Shown here: positions 38,601-52,778 of the stretch, in pieces
Layout of the letters: each line of letters begins with the position of its first letter
Position numbering within the stretch: the stretch's first letter is position 1
NCBI RefSeq assembly: GCF_006345805.1
Contig: NC_043015.1
Coordinates: forward strand, 2,542,001 to 2,606,000
Reading direction: 5' to 3'
Origin: Octopus sinensis
Taxonomy: Eukaryota
Length of the DNA stretch: 64,000 bases
The notes under the pieces: model-generated
What the model saw: the letters and a program-made list of their open reading frames with translations, nothing else
The model's database searches: none
What the model was told of the DNA's origin: nothing
Made by a program: the position numbers and the translations under genes

Positions 38601-40036
38601 AACTATTTCTTCAACACTAGTTTTAGCCATGTTCTTCTCCACTTCAGGTCGTCATCGTGTTCTTTCTTGTTTCCTCTTACCCATCACGTCAACTTGCCAT
38701 GTGACAGCGTAATACATCGGTTGGAATAGCGTCGCTACTCTCTCTTTATCAGACTCTTACGCTTAATATAACTACCCTGTTCATTCTCTCCCTACTAATC
38801 TCACCCTCTCTCTACCTTGATCTCTACTCATCTTTATATAACTACACGGCCGCAACATCACCAATCTAATACATACTGTATTTCTAAGTTTCTTTCTCTA
38901 CAGCCCTCCCTTGAACTAACTATTTAAACCACCTAGTAACTATTACCTTTTTTCGCATTTCGTCTTTAAAACTACTCAGTCCTGTTTTTTCACTCTTTTT
39001 CTCTCCACCATTTCGTATCCATTTTATTTGTGTATTTATTTAATTTATCTATTTGATGAAAAAGGGAGGAAATTCGAACTGAAGCGAATCAAAGCGTTAC
39101 ACAAATATACTAAAAGACATATATGTACGTAAGGAGGCAGATACCTAGAGTTACATGCGGGCAGACAATTAGAATGGCAGTAAATAAAGAGATGGATGAA
39201 TAAAATTTAGGTAGAGTGATAGACATAGGTATACATAGAAAAAATAACTTTCATGAAATAAGAAAGTATCATCAATTAAATTTCCAAAATAAAAGAATAA
39301 TTGTTTGGCATACGAATACAAAAACTACGAAGCCTGGGGTTTTGTTTTTAATTGCATGTTATACATATTATATTACAACTTCGGAAATACATTATAAGCA
39401 TAAATATTTATAGTACTGTTAATAAAAATGTAAATATAACAACTTCTTAATAGGCAGATTGCGATAGAAAATATATACGGGAACTACAATTCATTATTTC
39501 ATAGACATTCATAAATGATATTGACCTGAAAGAAACGGTTCTACGGTCCACATGAATTCTGACAGTTATTTCTGATATGTTAGACACAAGAATACCGCTC
39601 TAACATCCACATTAAAGTTAACACGCATTTCTTATTTATGTTCAATACAATTTACGTGAATATCTTCCAATATTCATAGTACAATTTTGACAGCTTACTT
39701 CATCCCAGTTGAGGACAGGTGTTTCTGCCAGTTATTAATAAATATGTGTTTATTCGATTTTAACTAGTTGATTTCCATCGCTGTCTATAGGACGTTCACC
39801 TTGTCACTGTCACTCTGTTGCTTCTGCACATGTAGAGTAATATCTGTCTGTATTTGTATTTCATATTGGCATTATAACGGACATTTGACTGTGTTAAGCT
39901 TTAGGTATTTGCCGTCTGTATGAATAACAATATTTCAAAGCGTACGAATATCTCGAATAGGAACACATATAATCGCATAATGCCCACCACGAAACTATCT
40001 GACATAAAGCAAGCAACATAAGCAACACTACATTAA

Positions 40037-40728
40037 AGGGGTAAGATATATTTCCAAAGCCTATTGCAATACAGTTATTTTCTTGAGCACATACGAGCAT
40101 TAAATAGAGACGCAGAACAGTGATTTCTAGAATTTTAATCATATTCATGAAAAGTGCAAGGCCAAACTTCGCTGCCCTCATCTCTGTTTCTTGCCTAGAA
40201 ATAGGTTCATCCGGAAGTCTTCACAGATGGAGACCTGGTTTTGTTTTGGAATATCACGTATCCACGCCATGCAGAAATCTCTTACGAATTACGAAAGGCC
40301 ACGATTAAGAGAAAGACAATATATGTAGCTCGAAAGTATCTAGTACGGAAATACCCCATCGTCTAATAATTATCACCCTGTATTACAGTACTAACTGAAT
40401 GAAACAAGATTTAGAAAAATTAGAGTATTCATTTCATCAGATGCCAAGCGCATATCGTTGTTGTGTAACTGCATACAGAAACACACATTCGACGTAATAT
40501 AATCAAAAACCCATTGGTGTACATACATTTCGTTATATTATTATTTCTTTGCAATGTGTGGTGGGGCTAGAAATTTTGCCTTTCTATTAACCATGGACGT
40601 TTGTCCTTGCACTTTTCATGAATATTTAAAAAATCTAGAAATCATTGTTCTACGCCTCTCTTTAATTCGTGTATGTGCTCTAGAACAGAAGTGCATTGCA
40701 ATAGGTTTTGGAAATATATCTTACCCCT
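40037..40728. mobile_element. 692-bp non-autonomous DNA transposon with about 130-bp terminal inverted repeats; Kolobok-like (TTAA target, AGGGG...CCCCT ends)
   Basis: Inverted arms 40037-40167 and 40599-40728; the track shows the same peptide CIAIGFGNISYPFNV on opposite strands. TTAA at 40033-40036 and 40729-40732. Confidence 0.7.
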
Positions 40729-41619
40729 TTAATGTATTCCGCCAAAAGAGACGGAGTACGTAAACCACCTCAATATGGTTCGTTTGTGCTCATGCATATA
40801 TTCAAATAACATTCCACAAATCCCATGCCCATATAGATTAATGATTGACAGCAAAAAAACCAGATCATATAGTTTCGCTTTTTCTAGATTTCAGCCGGTT
40901 TCTGCCAGAGACTGCCGCCAAGACCGAAGCAAATGAACGTGCAAAAAAATATTTATGTAAGTAAAATGAGTATTTTCTTTTACATGGAAATATGTTAAAT
41001 GATGCATCAAATAAGCTATATTTTACCATGCTTACAGGGCCCAATATGAGCAAACTATCTGAATGATTATCAGATTTACTTATTTTAAACTATCCTATTC
41101 TGCCGAGAGTATTTATTTATATGATCAGATGTTTTATTACGTTTCTCTACGCAAGAGCATAATGTAATTAATTGAGTTTTAGGCGCAAACACTCTCATGT
41201 AACTTGTTAAATATGTTTGCCCATATAATTTAACTATTTTGCATCGATGAATACAGCAGTCCTTCGTCTCCCTTTCTTAGCTGGGAAATGGATTTATTTA
41301 ATTTTTCCAGTATCATAATCTCTACAATGTAAATAAGGAAATTAAATATTCAATACAATATTTTCCTATAGAGGAAATAAAATTTACTTTACTATAAATG
41401 AATTTAATTTTCAATATTTCTAGGAAAGAATAATATTATTTCTACTTTTTAGTTTTCAATATGTTTTTACCTTTTTCTCCATCTAAATCCGGCACGTTGA
41501 TAGGAGTGCAAAGACAGCCTTATTAGTTTTTGTTGTATATGTATATTTACGTCTTTCGTTTTAAGTGACATCATTCACACATATAAATCAGTGTGGATTT
41601 GAGTGATCGTGCGCTGTGT

Positions 41620-41670
41620 GTATATAAATATATAAAAAGAGACAAAAAAGAAAGACAGAGTGAGAAACAA

Positions 41671-41709
<39 letters not shown>

Positions 41710-41770
41710 AACATAGATAGAAAGAGAGTGAGAAAGAGAAAGAGAGACTTTGAACAAGAAAGGAGACAGA
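41620..41770. repeat. (GA)n / (GACA)n purine-rich simple repeat
   Basis: Read directly. Confidence 0.85.
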
Positions 41771-42778
41771 TGTGGTGTGGGAATCGGTTTGCGTTGTGAT
41801 GGAGTATAAAAATGAACACGTCAAATTCTACATAAAAAAATAAAAACTATAAACGTATTCTCAGCAATTATAAAGGAAACAACAACAAATACAACAACCA
41901 CAATAATATAATCAAGTGTAAAATTGAATTTCATTTAATCAAAATTTCAAGAATGCTTTTCATTAATGTGACTTGTCTCTTGAGAAGCCTCATGCAGAGT
42001 GACATAATCTTTTATGTGTTTCCTACTTTTTAAATGGCTGCCATATTCTTTTTGCTGTCTTTCCTACATTTTGATAAAATTATTGGCAACGTTTCAATTA
42101 GCTAAATGTTTTCATTTCTCTCGATGAAAAATCCCAGTGTCAGAATTCATTTTTACAACTCCAAGCTAAAATTGATTCAACTATCAAAACATTGTTTTTC
42201 ATGTAACTGATTTATTGGCTCTCTCCTTTCTATGTCTTTCTCGTAGGTTACCGTAATCTCTTCGGTATCAACCCCTTTTTTCTGGCATTCTCTAATACAT
42301 AATTGCAGTTTTAGAGGCACTGTATATACCTAAGAAATAGAGATTTGCCGATTACCACTTGAAAGTTACTATATACGTACAATTTATATAGACCCTTTTA
42401 AATAAAAACACTAGAACTTATTAATGACGGTCAATATTGCAATCATTATAGGAATTTAGTAAATTACAGTTGCTCTCGTGAATGGAGAGTAGGAACATTT
42501 GCATATGTATATATATATATATATATATATAATTAATTAAGGGTAGAAATCAATATTTATCAATTAAAACCAGTGGTCTAGCATATTAAAAAAGAATCCG
42601 AAGATTAAATATTTATATTTATATTAATTTATATTAATTTGTATGTATACATATATATATATATACCCTTTTAAACAGCAGTTCGAACACGCACCTACCA
42701 AATACCGGTTGAGTATGTACTCTTCCAATTAAGCTAACCTGCCCTCTGACAATAAACTCCGTGAATTCAGGCTTGATA

Positions 42779-42961
42779 CAGTGGTTCCCAACAATGATTC
42801 CCAACACTTTTATTCAATGAGTTTCCCCACAGACTCCTTTTAATATGCATATCATTATGTGTATATACATATATATGAAATCTTGAATTTAATTCACACT
42901 CACCACTGTAGTATATTTGTCGAACACCAGTGGTCCGCAGATGCTTGGATGGGAACCACTG
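42779..42961. mobile_element. 183-bp hAT (Charlie-like) MITE
   Basis: Termini cagtggttccca / tgggaaccactg. 8-bp flanks gcttgata and gcttaata (one mismatch); an 8-bp duplication is the hAT signature. Confidence 0.8.
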
Positions 42962-44387
42962 GCTTAATACACAAATTCCTTGAATGAAACAATGTAAACA
43001 GAGATGTTATTATTGCTTTCATTGGAAGAGTTGAATGTGTATCGTATCATGCAGAAAACAAAATAATATTTCTAACGCAGAATAACTGTGAAAACAGCAC
43101 AAAATATTTAGTATTTCCCTATATGATTGAAAATGTTCTCAGCAATGAATGGAATGAAACAGAATACGATTATATGCTGAAACGGCTAATAACTTGGTCA
43201 AGAAAACCCTAACCACTTGGTCAAGATGCCTCATTTATATTTACGTCTGCATGCGCGTGTGTCTGCTCATAAAGTTCTAGCGTACAAAGTTCGCCTCCAT
43301 GTATATTTCGATGACTATTGTGATTTGTAAAAGTTTAAGATTTTGTATCAAAGCGGCTATAATATTGGCTATAATAATGTCGGTACATATATTTTCCGTG
43401 TAAAAACATTTTGCGTAACAAGATATATATCTCATGTAAGCACAATTTTGTTTTAAATCTCTCCTATATTTATAGTCTCACCAGCTAAAATAATGAAAAG
43501 AAGCAAAACGACGCAAATAGTACCACATAAACAAAACAATAAATATCTCTGGAAAAAATATGAATGGACAAAATATATACGACGACAACTTACAATTTAT
43601 TTGTTGCTAATATTTCTGTCCCTAAAAAGAATCGATGAAGTTTATGCGTGCGCACTTCATTATACATATACATTCATTAACACAACCACCTGCTGGAAAC
43701 TACTCTATGCACACACTTATATGTGTATATTTCTATGTAAAAGAGCTAGAAAAAGTAAATAAAGAATTGTTTCACAAAAATACAAACTAAAGATTACGAA
43801 AGATTTGGAAATGAATATAAAATATTGTCAATGTTTGCTTGAGTATAAAATATTTTATATAGAAGGCTAAACTATAAATCTTTGTTTCTACAGCGTGTTT
43901 GTGATTTTTATTTCACTATTCCAGAAATAACGCCAAATTTGGAAGAATAAAAAGGAAGGAAAATATTAAAAAACAAATAACTAAAACGGGAAAATGAAAT
44001 CCATAAATGTATGAAGTTTCTCGATTTTATTTAAGACTAAAGATGCTATCACTTGTAAAGAAGTAGTAAATATATTTTCCAAATATTAAACGAAAGCAAT
44101 GAAATAATATATAGAAACCATGTCATTACTCAATGTTGGGGAACGTTTCAGGAAATTCATGGATAAACCTGTCTTATTCTATATTTGTATACCTATCTCT
44201 CACTTCATCTAAGCTTCTAAATTTAAATATATGAATTGTTAATGCTTGAATGAACTATGACACACATACTAATATAAGAAGGGAAACAAAAAAAAATAGG
44301 GACACAGAGAGCCAGAATCTCAAACAAACAGACCAATCGAAGAATGAGTGTTCTTGCTTGTGTGCGTAAGGGAACACGTACGAATTT

Positions 44388-44388
44388 G

Positions 44389-44466
<78 letters not shown>

Positions 44467-44668
44467 AATCTATCTATCTATCTATCTATGCATATATCTA
44501 TCTGACTGCTTATCAATGCCTATGCGCATACCTTACATAGATACACACAGAAATACGCACACAAATATATAACTATGTCGATATGTTTATATCTGTATAT
44601 ATACACATACAAATATATATGTGTGTATATATATACGTACATTTATATGTGAGTGTGTGTATATATGC

Positions 44669-44715
<47 letters not shown>

Positions 44716-44722
44716 CATATAT

Positions 44723-44777
<55 letters not shown>

Positions 44778-44831
44778 TACACACACACACATGAACACAC
44801 ATACACACGCATGCACACACACAAACACACC

Positions 44832-44875
<44 letters not shown>

Positions 44876-45083
44876 TGTGTGTGTGTGTGTGTGTGTGGTT
44901 CTGCATTTATGAATGCGTGTTTTTCTATGTTGTCTATAAGTATGTATGCATGTAAAAGTTTGTAGTTCCTGACATAAAAGTGAATTTAGATTAGACGTAA
45001 ATATGCATTAATATATATAAATGTCTAAATTTAACTATGAAAAGCCGACAAAATAATAATATATATCTATATATATCTATCTA

Positions 45084-45145
<62 letters not shown>

Positions 45146-45198
45146 TATGATTACATGCATGACAACTTACCTCATATATAATCAATGGTCCAAACATT

Positions 45199-45240
<42 letters not shown>
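44388..45240. repeat. Compound (TATC)n, (TA)n, (CA)n, (TG)n, (CT)n microsatellite cluster
   Basis: Read directly. Confidence 0.95.
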
Positions 45241-45243
<3 letters not shown>

Positions 45244-45499
45244 TAGACAGGGAATTATGAAAGTGAAAAACATAGTCAGGAAATGCATAAATGAACCAGA
45301 TACATTTTATTAACCTCATATATTTAAATACGTCCATTGAAAACATCATTAAATAGAACTCAGATAAGAATTTAATAAGAAAATATTCTTATACTTGAAG
45401 ATTTATATTGACAATGCTATTATAATTTACAGCTATATTATTCTGTAAGATAGATTTCAGAAGTGCGTTGACGGATTTTTTTTCCTAACATTGTAATGT

Positions 45500-45770
45500 C
45501 CTCACCGCCGTCATCATCGTCATCCTCATCATCATCCTCACCATCATCATCGTAATTATCATCATCATCATCATCATCAACGTCCATAGGATTATCATTA
45601 TCATTGATCAGCGCCAAAACAGTAATCATGAAGATAATGATGAGGATGGTGGTGATGAAACAGTTATGACGATGAGGATGGTGATGATGATGGTTATCAT
45701 CATCATCATCTTCATTATCACCATCATTTTCGTCATCATAATCACAGTAATTATTGTTATTATTGTTGCA
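45500..45770. repeat. Degenerate (TCA)n / (GAT)n / (CAT)n trinucleotide tracts of alternating polarity
   Basis: Read directly; explains the poly-D ORF 45438-45629. Confidence 0.85.
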
Positions 45771-46813
45771 TTGTTAGATTCCTGCCAATTTCGTAAAGAA
45801 GTAATCTGGAGAGGAACATTAATGTTAGTTATCCTTTTACAATTTTCGAGTTAACCATAAAGGCATTCGCGTACATTTAGGCTTCTAAATGCATGCGCGT
45901 TTGGTTCTCTATCTACGTGGGCACGCATGGATTTGATAATCCGTGTTCGTAGTGTTGACGGAAGATACTTAAGTGACGGCCCACGTATAGCTTCGAATGT
46001 TACTTATACGGCTAAAACTATGAAGACGTTTGTTATCTGTGTAATTACGGGGGCCCACACACACAAACACTCTCCCATACAGAGACTCAAACGTGTATAT
46101 ATATACAGAATCATAAACGATTAAAAATGGCATACAAGAAAGTTTTATTAAAAATTCCTACAATGGATCCGACATATTTTTACATCCTTAATACAATCTA
46201 TCGGCTGCTTAGTTGTCAAAGACCATTGTTAATTGTTAGTCAATTGTTCAGATATATATCGTAGGAACCAGCCGTTCGTTTGATTAATGTGTTGTCTGAA
46301 TAATCAATTAGTCATTATACTTTAAGAACCTTTTGTCGCTATATCGCCACTTATTCAATGACATTCCCTCTTTGTTCGAAGTCTATTTAGAGTCTCAAAA
46401 GACGATGAAGGAAGTGGTGGAGTATAGACAATTCTTTGACTGCCAAACCCTTGATTATTTAAGCAGATAAAAATAAAACAATGGAATAGTCCGTTGGTTA
46501 GATATTCAAGAAATTAATTAACAATTAAGAATTGATGCATATCCAGCGTGCGTGTTATGATTTTTGGCGCAGTGACCCACCCGTGGCAAACGATTTGGTT
46601 TGGCACGAGAATTCACATTAAAAGTTGTGTAAATCAATTACAATTCAGAAAAATTACGAACTATCAGAATTACCGAATTCGTAATTGTGACAATATACGT
46701 CTGATGTGCAATGTGATCAACAATATCATTCCTTGCATATCAGCTCGAATCTTCCCTTGAATAATCTTTCTACATAGTGTTCCCTATATGTCTGTCTTCC
46801 TTTCTCTCTTTCA

Positions 46814-46845
<32 letters not shown>

Positions 46846-47137
46846 TTATGCTGAAGTTTGGTGACATCACCGTTAAAGTATCGCACGTCTCCTAAGAGGA
46901 TACCTAAGAGAATACGAAGTGGTGACAAGAGCAAAGATTAACCAGGATAAGCCAGTGGGCATTTCAGCTCGGCACCTGTTGAGGCATGCCCACGCTGACC
47001 AACAATGAAAAGCACTGGACAGAAAAAATCCCGGTTAAGTTGCTTACGGTGACTGACGTTCAGTCAGATCTACGTAGGATGTGTGCTGTATTCAGTTGAG
47101 CTATGTTTTATGTATATTATATATATATATAAGCGCT

Positions 47138-47185
47138 AGAGTGGCTGTGTGGTAAGTAGTTTGTTTACCAACCACATGGTTCCGG

Positions 47186-47190
<5 letters not shown>
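47138..47190 (+). mobile_element. SINE family B head only, running directly into (TAT)n
   Basis: gagtggctgtgtggtaagtagtttgtttaccaaccacatggttccgggtt then attattatt. Confidence 0.8.
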
Positions 47191-47252
<62 letters not shown>

Positions 47253-47424
47253 TATTATTATTATATTATTATTTCTACTATGAAAATCAATTTGATACTG
47301 CTCTATGTGATTTAAGGGTTTGTAGGCTTCGTACAGAATGTACACACATTAAAAGCTATATCTAGGTAGTTTCATGAATTAAATACAATACATATTCATG
47401 CACTCTTTCTTTCTCTCTCTCTCT

Positions 47425-47465
<41 letters not shown>

Positions 47466-48419
47466 TATAGATATATAAATGCATATGTATATACATATAT
47501 GTATATACTTATACACACTTGGTTATACACACATGCACACACACACATATGCTAGTTAGTAAGTCACTGCGTATCTATGTGACTACGTTTGTGTCAGTGA
47601 GCTTTTGTGTGTGACGGATGATTGTCATATTTCAATTGAATTCTATAGGACTTCTTTCTTCGCATCACGTTCTCAGACTTCATGTCATTTCCGAATTTGG
47701 AGTACGAAGCCACAGACAACAGTCAATATATAATACTCATACATATACGATAGAAAGAACGTACATATATAGGAGCCTGTGTACTGTATACATATATGTA
47801 CGTACATATATGTATATATATACGCGCCCGCACAAGCACACAGATACATTTATGTCTATATGCAAGTATATGTTTATAAAACTAGAATAATAAAATCAGG
47901 AAAATAAAGTAAAAACAACCTCGTTGATCCATTGAAATGTCCTTGCTGGAATATATATTTCACTTTCTATTCAATACAGAATAGGATTTTTCATCTGCCA
48001 AGATATATCTATTTACATTAGGAGATATTAAGCCGTTCCTGTTCATAATTTATAGGCTAAACTATTGTTCAGCCGTTCCTTGTATTCATACGTTTTGAGT
48101 AAAAATGTTTGTTTTATTATCATTTTTCTCGTATGGATATTTTTAGTTATTTTTATCTTGGCTTTGTCTTGTGGACGTGTTCCTTTTCTTGAAACTAATG
48201 TTGATGGCGATTGTTATATATCATTAGTCTGCGCTTATGCACTAGTGTGGCTTTTGTTCGATTCTATGTAAAATTACAGACTTATCTTTCTATAATAAAT
48301 TTTAAATAAAAATGAGAAGTGTATACACAGTGGATATAAATGGTATATAGATATATGAATACAGGAACACACACACACATACATGCACATATAGAGATAT
48401 GTGAGTATGTATGTGTGTG

Positions 48420-48590
48420 TGCGCACTCACGAGTGTGAATCTGCGAAGTTAAGGTTTTGCATTCAAGATTCCTAGATTGTAAATTCTATAACCGGACCGG
48501 GCAGCGCCTTCTGTTCCTGAGCAAAATACTTCGTTTCAATTTGCTCCAATCCACTCAGCTGCCAATGGATACACCTCCGATTTAATAGCG
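48420..48590 (+). mobile_element. Degenerate SINE fragment with conserved central-domain-like motif
   Basis: cctgagcaaaatacttcgtttcaatttgctccaatccactcagctgccaatgg resembles the ...ccttgagcaag...cagtccactcagctgtaaatggg SINE core. Confidence 0.45.
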
Positions 48591-48599
48591 TGCCTATTA

Positions 48600-49000
48600 G
48601 GTAGAATGCTGACCCAGAAGCCAAGCCAGCTATGGGGAATCATTCAGTGCTATTGCGTTTATGTCCTGCTTTCTTTCAGTTGTAGTAGTCAGTTGTACGG
48701 TGATGCTCAGGGCTGCTACTTCTTTGACGATGTAGGTTCGTCAGTTATCTCAGATAAAAAATTGTCCATACGTTCTTTGAAGTCACACACATCACAAATT
48801 TCTGAGACTGGTTATCAGAATGCTGATTATTTGTGGACCCTTCAAAGCCAAACTGTTGCACTGCTGTGTCGGCAATCTTGATGGAGTAGAAAGTAGCCTT
48901 GATACTCTATAGTGCTGTCTATTGCAGTCCTGGGGTTCAAGAAATTCATTTAGATTATGCACTCCTTTTGTCGATCATACGTTGATAGAAAGCACTGCTG
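48600..49000 (-). pseudogene. CR1/L2-group LINE ORF2 C-terminal relic
   Basis: Minus-strand fragments SLALKGPQIISILITSLRNL and DFKERMDNFLSEITDEP parallel the FK..LD.FL..IPD motif of ORF 52190-52600. Confidence 0.55.
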
Positions 49001-51059
49001 TATTGTTGACTCACGAATGCGCACATCTGTGAGGAATCATTAGGATATCATCCATTTTGGTCCATTAGGGGGCAAATCTAGTTATGTGTTGATGATTTTT
49101 GTTTAGCAAAGTAGATAAAGAACATAGGATATCTTCTCTGTTTGTTGTTTTCCTCTACTCGGTGTTCCTTAAGTGAAATTTGCTTTTAATAAGATACCCA
49201 AATTAACTGTGAGAAGACAGAGGAATCTTTACAGGGAGCCTCAGAATTATTATACCAACAAGAAGAAAGTAATTTTCATGATTATACTTGCGAAAGTCAA
49301 CGAAAGACTTGACTTATAGTTCGTATAATTTGTTCATACATTTCGTATTATTTCCATTTCATATTTAATCCTTTGTGTTTTCTTTATATTTGCAACACAA
49401 CGTTTGGGATTACAAGCTATTTTCATAATAGAGTTTAGTTTCTAGAGAAAGAAATGAAATTCGACTTTTTATTACGTATGTGATCATAAAATATGCTGCA
49501 TGAATATCATTTTACTAGAGGAATGGCAGCATATCTTATGGTGCTGCAAAAGCTTTCATCCCTGTATAAAGAGTTGCCACATAAAACGAAAATATAAATC
49601 AGTTCCTTGCTATTAAAGGCAACAATAGCATGTTGAAAAGAGTAAAGCCACTAATAATACATTATATATATAATATTACTATCTTCAAAATACTAAAACT
49701 AGAAACATTTTCGACGAACCAAAATTCTTTCTGATTCAGAACTTAAACATAAAACTACGTTTGAGATTTAGAGAAATTTCTCTTCAGACAGAAATTACGT
49801 GCCAAATTGTAAATGAGCTAATGCAGGAACGTTCTTTAAGTTCCTGACAAAAGATCTAATAAACGTAAAATTAGAAACCTATGAATATTTTCAAAGACTT
49901 TGGCTAGCAATTGATTCTGAAACAAAGCGAACGTGAATGCTCATGACACTAGCTCCAACACAAAAGAATTATTATTTTTTTTTTTTTGGTTTTCTTTTTT
50001 ATCACCGAAATTAGTAAAGGTCTAGAAAAACGATACTAACGCTGATAATTTCGAAGGGTACAATGAAGTCTCAGAAGTATTTCGATTTAAGTCATTTTAT
50101 GTACCTCACCTCACAAAAAGGCTTATCAATTATCTATTCATATACAAAATCGATGTTATTTGAAAGAAAACTTGAAGGGAGGTTTATCGACTCCTTCCGC
50201 AAATGTAGGAAACGCCTTCGACGTTACATAAGCTGTACGCCGTTTATATAGAAATCATTGAAGTGTTTAGGCTTGCATAATTTTTTTTAGTGTAGCATAG
50301 TTTGATGTTACTACTGATCTCCGTTGCTCCCACTGGCCTGCTGCTGCCAAGTCTGTGCAGATTAAGCCAACTTAGTTTATCATCTATTTCATGAGATCGT
50401 GTTTCAAACTACGAAAGGTGAGTGTCTTTATATTTCGGAGGAATTTCTGTTGTTACAAATTTTAGTTAGTATAAAACACGATGTATATTAGCAAAATTCC
50501 ATGATGTGAGTAAATGTGATATGGACTTCAAACCACTTAGTCGAAGAATGCTATCAGTGTGGTGATACACTTCCAATTTACGTACACTCGCAGGCTAACT
50601 CAAATAACGTAAGCCACTGACTTCAGCTGCAACAAGTTATATTTGCCACAACTAGCAATCTCAAAAAAAATGCCACTGTGAATAGATGTATTAGAGACAC
50701 GGAAAACTTTGTAGTATTTCTAAAGATATCTGTCTCCAAGTAAACGGTATAACAGTGGGAAATGAATTCCTACATGCTACAAGAAAATATATGTAATATA
50801 TTTTGTTCAGCAAGTGGGTGTTGAAGAAAGAAATATTTCATGACAAAGTCTCTTCTGGTAAATAATAAAATGCCTTCAATTTCCATTCATATAATTTTAT
50901 TGCAGCTTAGTTTTAAGGTGTATACATAGAAAAATTAATGCATAAAAAGAATTTTAGACATCGCTTATGATTCTAGTGAAAATATATTTCGGGCACACGA
51001 AAGTACAATGCAACCCAAAACGTGTTATTTCGTCAAGTATGAAATTTGTAGAAAAGAAA

Positions 51060-52150
51060 ATAAAGTTTCCTAATAATTTATAAATACAAAGAATAGTTTT
51101 ATTCTTCAAAGAATGCACCCATATTGTCAATACATTTTTGCAATTTCAGCGGTAGTTGTCCAGCCCAGAACTGTGAATTTTTTGCAATCTACAGTCAATA
51201 AAATCTTGGGAGGCCTGATTTATAGCATCGTCGGAATTATATCTATTTCCTATCAAAGGAAAGATCAGGGGGCAATAGGTCAGTATGGCGGATAATGGAT
51301 AATGTCTTCCAACTGCAACTCCTGTTGTTTCGCCAATGTTATTTTTCCGATGTGTGACTAGGCATTGCCTTGCGATAAAATAGGAGTGGATCTGTTGATT
51401 AAACTAAGCTGCTTTTTATATATTTCTGCATCATTTGGTCCAGTTGGCTACAGTATACTTCGGTCGTGATTGATGCGCCAGACCACCAAACTCACTCCAT
51501 CAGCGTCGTTTGATGAATTTTGCTTTTTGGACTGTGTTTTGGTGACTCATCTTTGTCCAGGCATCATGCTGAAAGTTTACGGTGGTTGTATGGCATTCAT
51601 TCTCATCATATGTTACAATTCGATTAAAAAATGATTCCTTCCTTTGACGAGAAAGTACATATTGCAGGCTTGTAACGTTGCAGTTTCTGATTTTTATTGA
51701 GTCCATGTGGCACCCACTCATCCAATTCTTTCACTTTACCGATTTGGACTAGGTGAGCCAATAATATTTGCTCGCTAACAGCAAACAACTTATACAATTC
51801 ACGGGCACTTTCAGATGCAGCTGAGTCGACAGTGGCTTTCAGTTTGCCATCATCCACTTTGTTTCTGGTCTACTGCTTTCCTCATTTATGAGGTAAAAGT
51901 TAACAAAATGAAATTTTGGAAACCAATTTGATACTGCCTGCTGTGTAATAACATTCGAACGAAATACTCCTTTAGTATTCTGAGCTGTGTATGATGCTGT
52001 ATTTCCAAGAAAGAACTCATGTTTCAAAATTATACGAATTTCCGACTTATCCATCTCGAGACAAAAATACCAAAACAAAAAAAAAAACATTTCTAAATAT
52101 TTATAAAGCGCAAAATCAATTAGAATAAAGAAATATATGTGTCAGGTTTA
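51060..52150 (-). pseudogene. Decayed mariner (Hsmar/SETMAR-like) transposon
   Basis: ORFs MDKSEIRIILKHEFFLG..SNWF.KF (51839-52090), ARELYKLFAVS..ILLAHLVQIGKVKELDEWVPHGL (51624-51857) and FFNRIVTYDE (51500-51721). HYPPY-like motif near 51290. Confidence 0.92.
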
Positions 52151-52189
52151 TAATAAAAAATAAAAAAATCGCCGAAACGAATTGAAGGC

Positions 52190-52690
52190 ATGTCTGCTCT
52201 CGATTATTGGGATCGCCTTAAAACCTTGAAACTCTACTGTATCCAGCGTCGCCGTGAGTGGTACATCATTTGTACGATGTGGAGAAGATACTGCCAACTT
52301 TGCCCAAACGACCTTAAGATTAGCTTCAAGGTTCATCCAAGACTGGGACCACAGGTCATACGTCCCCTGCCCAATTCAAGATCACAGCATACATGTAGAC
52401 TGCAACACAATTTCTTTTCCTCAACAGACCCTGTCCTATTTAACATTGTCCCGAAAGAGATCAAAGAGGAAAAGGATCCCATCAACTTTAAACGGAGTCT
52501 GGATAGATTCCTTCAAAGAATACCAGATAAGCAGCCCATAATTGGATACAACTCACCCAACAAAAACTCACTACTTGAATGGACCATAAACAAAACTTGA
52601 CTTAAACAGGATTCAAATAATCCTATCAGGTGATTGCTATTAAGTTAGACATGGCCTGCACCAATCTTTGGTCGAAACATATCTAAGTTT
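52190..52690 (+). pseudogene. 5'-truncated CR1/L2-group LINE: last 136 codons of ORF2, 3' UTR stem-loop and atctaagttt tail
   Basis: LDYWDRLKTLKLYCIQRRREWY...HPRLG...FKRSLDRFLQRIPD...NSL. UTR hairpin aggatt-caaat-aatcct. Ends directly in (TA)n. Confidence 0.85.
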
Positions 52691-52698
52691 ATATATAT

Positions 52699-52778
<80 letters not shown>

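Noticed and set aside
45438-45629. Acidic poly-D ORF
   Set aside because: Translation of a degenerate (TCA)n tract; no splice or homology support.
50291-50417. Possible exon between ttttttttag and gtgagt
   Set aside because: All three frames contain stops from each plausible acceptor; no other support.
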